Below are positions 60,901 through 64,000 of a DNA stretch of 64,000 bases, piece by piece. Below the pieces are notes generated by a model that did not search any database, was not told the DNA's origin, and worked only from the letters and a program-made list of their open reading frames with translations. This stretch comes from the human T2T-CHM13v2.0 reference genome, Homo sapiens. The stretch lies in NCBI RefSeq assembly GCF_009914755.1, contig NC_060947.1; one strand, given 5' to 3'. Positions within the stretch are counted from its first letter, which is position 1. Every line of letters begins with the position of its first letter. The position numbers and the translations under genes are program-made.

Positions 60901-63900
60901 CTCCTGGGCTCAAGCAATTCTCCCACCTCAGCTTCCCATGTAGCTGGAATTACAGGTGTCCACCACCACACCAGTCCAATTTTTGTTTTTTTAGTAGAGA
61001 TGGGGTTTCACCATGTTGGCCAGGCTGCTCTCCAACTCCTGATCTCAGGTAATCTGCCTGCCTAGGCCTTCCAAAGTGCTGGGATTACAGGCATGAGCCA
61101 CCAGGCTTGGCCTTGGCTTTGAACTTCTTCATGCTTCAGTCTTGGTAGCTTGTATGTGTCTAGGAATTTGTCCATTTCTTCTAGGTTTTCTTTCTGTTAA
61201 TTTAACTTTTAAGCTCAAGAGTACACGTTCAGGTTTGCTACATAGGTACATTTGTGTCATGGCGGTTTGTTGTACAGATTATTTTGTCACCCTGGTATTA
61301 AGCCTATTATCCATTAGTTATTTTTCATGATTCTCTCTCTCTTCCGCCGTCCACCTCTGACCAGCCACAGTGTGTGTCATTTGCCTCTATGCTTCCATAT
61401 GTTCTCATCATTTAACTCTCATTCATAAGTGAGGACAGGTAGTGTTTGGTTTTCTGTTTCTGTGTTAGTTTGCTAATGATAATAGCTTCCAGCTTCTCTG
61501 TTCCTGTAAAAAACATAATCTCGTTGTTTTAATGGTTGCATACTATTCCATGGTGTATATGCACCATGTTTTCTTTATTCAGTCTATCATTGATGGGCAT
61601 TTAGTTTGATTCCATGTCTGTGCTATTGTAAATAGTGCTGCAATGGACATATGTATCCATGTGTCTTTCTAACAGAAAAATTTGTATTCCTTTGGGTATA
61701 TACCAAGTAATGGGATTGCTGGGTCAAATGGTATTTGTGTTTTAGGTTTTGAGGAATCGCCACACTGTCTTCCATAGTGGTTGAACTAATTTACACTCTC
61801 ACCAATAGTGTATAAAAGCGTTCCCTGTTTTTCCACAATCTTGCTGGCGTCTGTTGTTTTTGCACTTTTTAATAGTAGCCATTCTAACCGGTGTGAGATG
61901 GTATCTCATTGTGGTTTTGATTTGTGTTTCTCTAATGATCAGTGATGTTGAGCTTTTTTCCATATGATTGTTAGCCACATGTATGTCTTCTTTTGAGAAG
62001 TGTCTGTTTATGCCCTTTGCTTACTTTTTGATGTGGCTGTTTGTTTTTTTCTTGAAAATTTGTTTAAGTTTCTTATAGATGCTAGACCTTTTCAGATGCA
62101 TAGTTTGCAAACATTTTCTCATGTCTGTTCACTCTGTTAATAGTTTCCTTTGTTATGTAGAAGCTCATTAGTTTAATTGGATTGCATTTGTCCATTTTTG
62201 CTATTGTTGCAACTGCTTTTGGTGTCTTCATCATGAAATATTTGTCCGTTCCTATGTCCAGAATTGTATTGCCTAGGTTGTCTTCCAGGGTTTTTATAGT
62301 TTTGGGTTTTACATTGAAGTCTTTAAACCATCTTGAGTTAATTTTTGTATATGGTATGAGGAAGGGTTCTAGTTTCAGTTTTCTGCAAATGGCTTGCCAG
62401 TTATCCCAGCACCATTTATTGAATAGGGAATCCTTTCCCCACTGCTTGTTTTTGTCAGGTTTGTTGAAGATCAGATAGTTGTAGGTGTGTGGCCTTATTT
62501 ATGGGTTCTCTATTGTCGTCTAGATTTTCTAATTTATTGGCATATAGTTGCTCACAGTAGCCACTAATGATCCTTTGAATTTCTGCAGTATCATTTTGCA
62601 ATGTCTCCTTTTTTATTCTGATTTTATTTATTTAGTTCTTCTCTCTTTTTTTCTTACTCTGGGTAAAGGTTTGTCAATTTTGTTGACCTTTTTTGTTTTC
62701 AAAAAAACCCTTTTTTCCTTGATCTTTTGTATTGTTTTCTTCATTTTAGTTTCTTTATTTGTGCTCTAACCTTTATTATTTTTTCTTCTACTAATTTAGG
62801 GTTTGGTTTGCTCTTGCTTTTCTAGTTCCTTAAGATGCATCATTATGTTGTTTATGTTTTTCTTCTTATTTGATGTAAGCACTTATAGCTGTAAAGTTCC
62901 CTGTGAGTCCCGCTCTTACTGTATCCCATAGGTTTTGGTATATTGTGTTTCCATTATCATCTGTTTTGAGAAAATTTTCAGTTTCTTTCAGAATTTCTTC
63001 ATTGACCCACTCTTCATTTAGGGGCATATTCTTCGTTGACCCACTGTTCATTTAGGAGCATATTCTATGGATTTCTGTAGTTTCCAAAGTTCCTCTTGTT
63101 ATTGATTTCTAGTATTATTCCACTGTGATCAGAGAAGATGCTTGATGGTATTTCAATTGTTTTGAATGTTTTCAGACTTGTTTTGTGACCTAACATATGG
63201 TCTATCTTTGAGAATGAACCATGTGCTGAAGAAAAGAATGTGTACTCTGTAGCCATTGGATGAATTGTTCTGTAAATATCTGTTAGGTTTATTTGCTCTA
63301 TAGTGCAGTTGAAGTCCAATGTTTCCTTGTTGATTTTTTTGTCTGGAAGATATCCAGTGCAGAATGTGTGGTGTTGAAGTCTCTAGTGATTATTATATTG
63401 TAGTCTACCTCTCTCTTTAGCTTTAATAATATTTGCTTTATATATCTTGGTACTCCAGTGATGGGTACACATATTTTCACAATTGTTATATCCTCTTGCC
63501 AAATTGACGCCTTTATCATTATATTTTTGCCTTCTTTGTTTCTTCTTACAGATTTTGTCCCAGTATAGCCCTCCTTCTCTTTTTTAGTTTCCACTGGCAT
63601 GGAATATCTTCTTCCATCCCTTTATTTGCAGTCTACATGTGTCTTTATAGGTGAAGTGTGTTAATTGTAGGCAACAGATCGATGGGTCTTTTTTTTTTAA
63701 TCCATTCCACCACTCTTTGTCTTTTGATTGGAGAATTTAGCCCATTTATATTCTGTGTTATTATTGATAAGTAAGGACTTACTTCTGCCATTTTGTTGTT
63801 GGTTTTCCTATTTTTTTGTGGGCTGCTCTTCCTTCCTTTTTTCCTTCCTGTCTTCCTTTTAGCAAAGGTTTTCTTTGGTGATATGGTTTAGTTTCTTACT

Positions 63901-64000
63901 TTTTTGTTTTCTGTGTATCCTTTGTATGATTTTGTTTTGAGGTCACCATGAGGCTTGTAAATACTATCTCATAACTCACTATTTTAAGCTGATAACAACT
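57920..64000 (-). mobile_element. Duplicated copy of the L1MA element with its nested L1PA (about 61195-62515)
   Basis: Same nested-insertion junctions as 7793 and 9460, in reverse complement. Confidence 0.85.
60805..61112 (-). mobile_element. AluS/J-type element, right arm only
   Basis: TSD GG(T/C)TTTGAA(T/C)TTCTT at about 60790-60804 and 61115-61129; empty site in the left arm at about 9524-9536. Confidence 0.85.

Overview
Human-like genomic DNA matching Xp11.21-22. The 5' six coding exons of ITIH6 (minus strand) lie head-to-head with a complete MAGED2 gene (plus strand, 606 aa, three alternative first exons, snoRNA SNORA11 in intron 10). The rest is mostly L1, Alu, L2, MIR and MER repeats. 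Three less obvious structures stand out. (1) A large, old inverted duplication (about 6.3-17.4 kb versus about 49.7-64+ kb) brackets ITIH6 exons 1-4 and all of MAGED2. It carries a broken copy of ITIH6 exon 5 and contains near-identical gene-conversion tracts inside ITIH6 intron 4, which gives an F8-intron-22-like inversion substrate. (2) Decayed, unprocessed PFKFB1 exons lie tail-to-tail with MAGED2, suggesting that MAGED2 and TRO arose by segmental duplication of a MAGED/PFKFB1 block. (3) Two 5'-inverted (twin-primed) L1 insertions, whose target sites resemble the internal L1 priming site.
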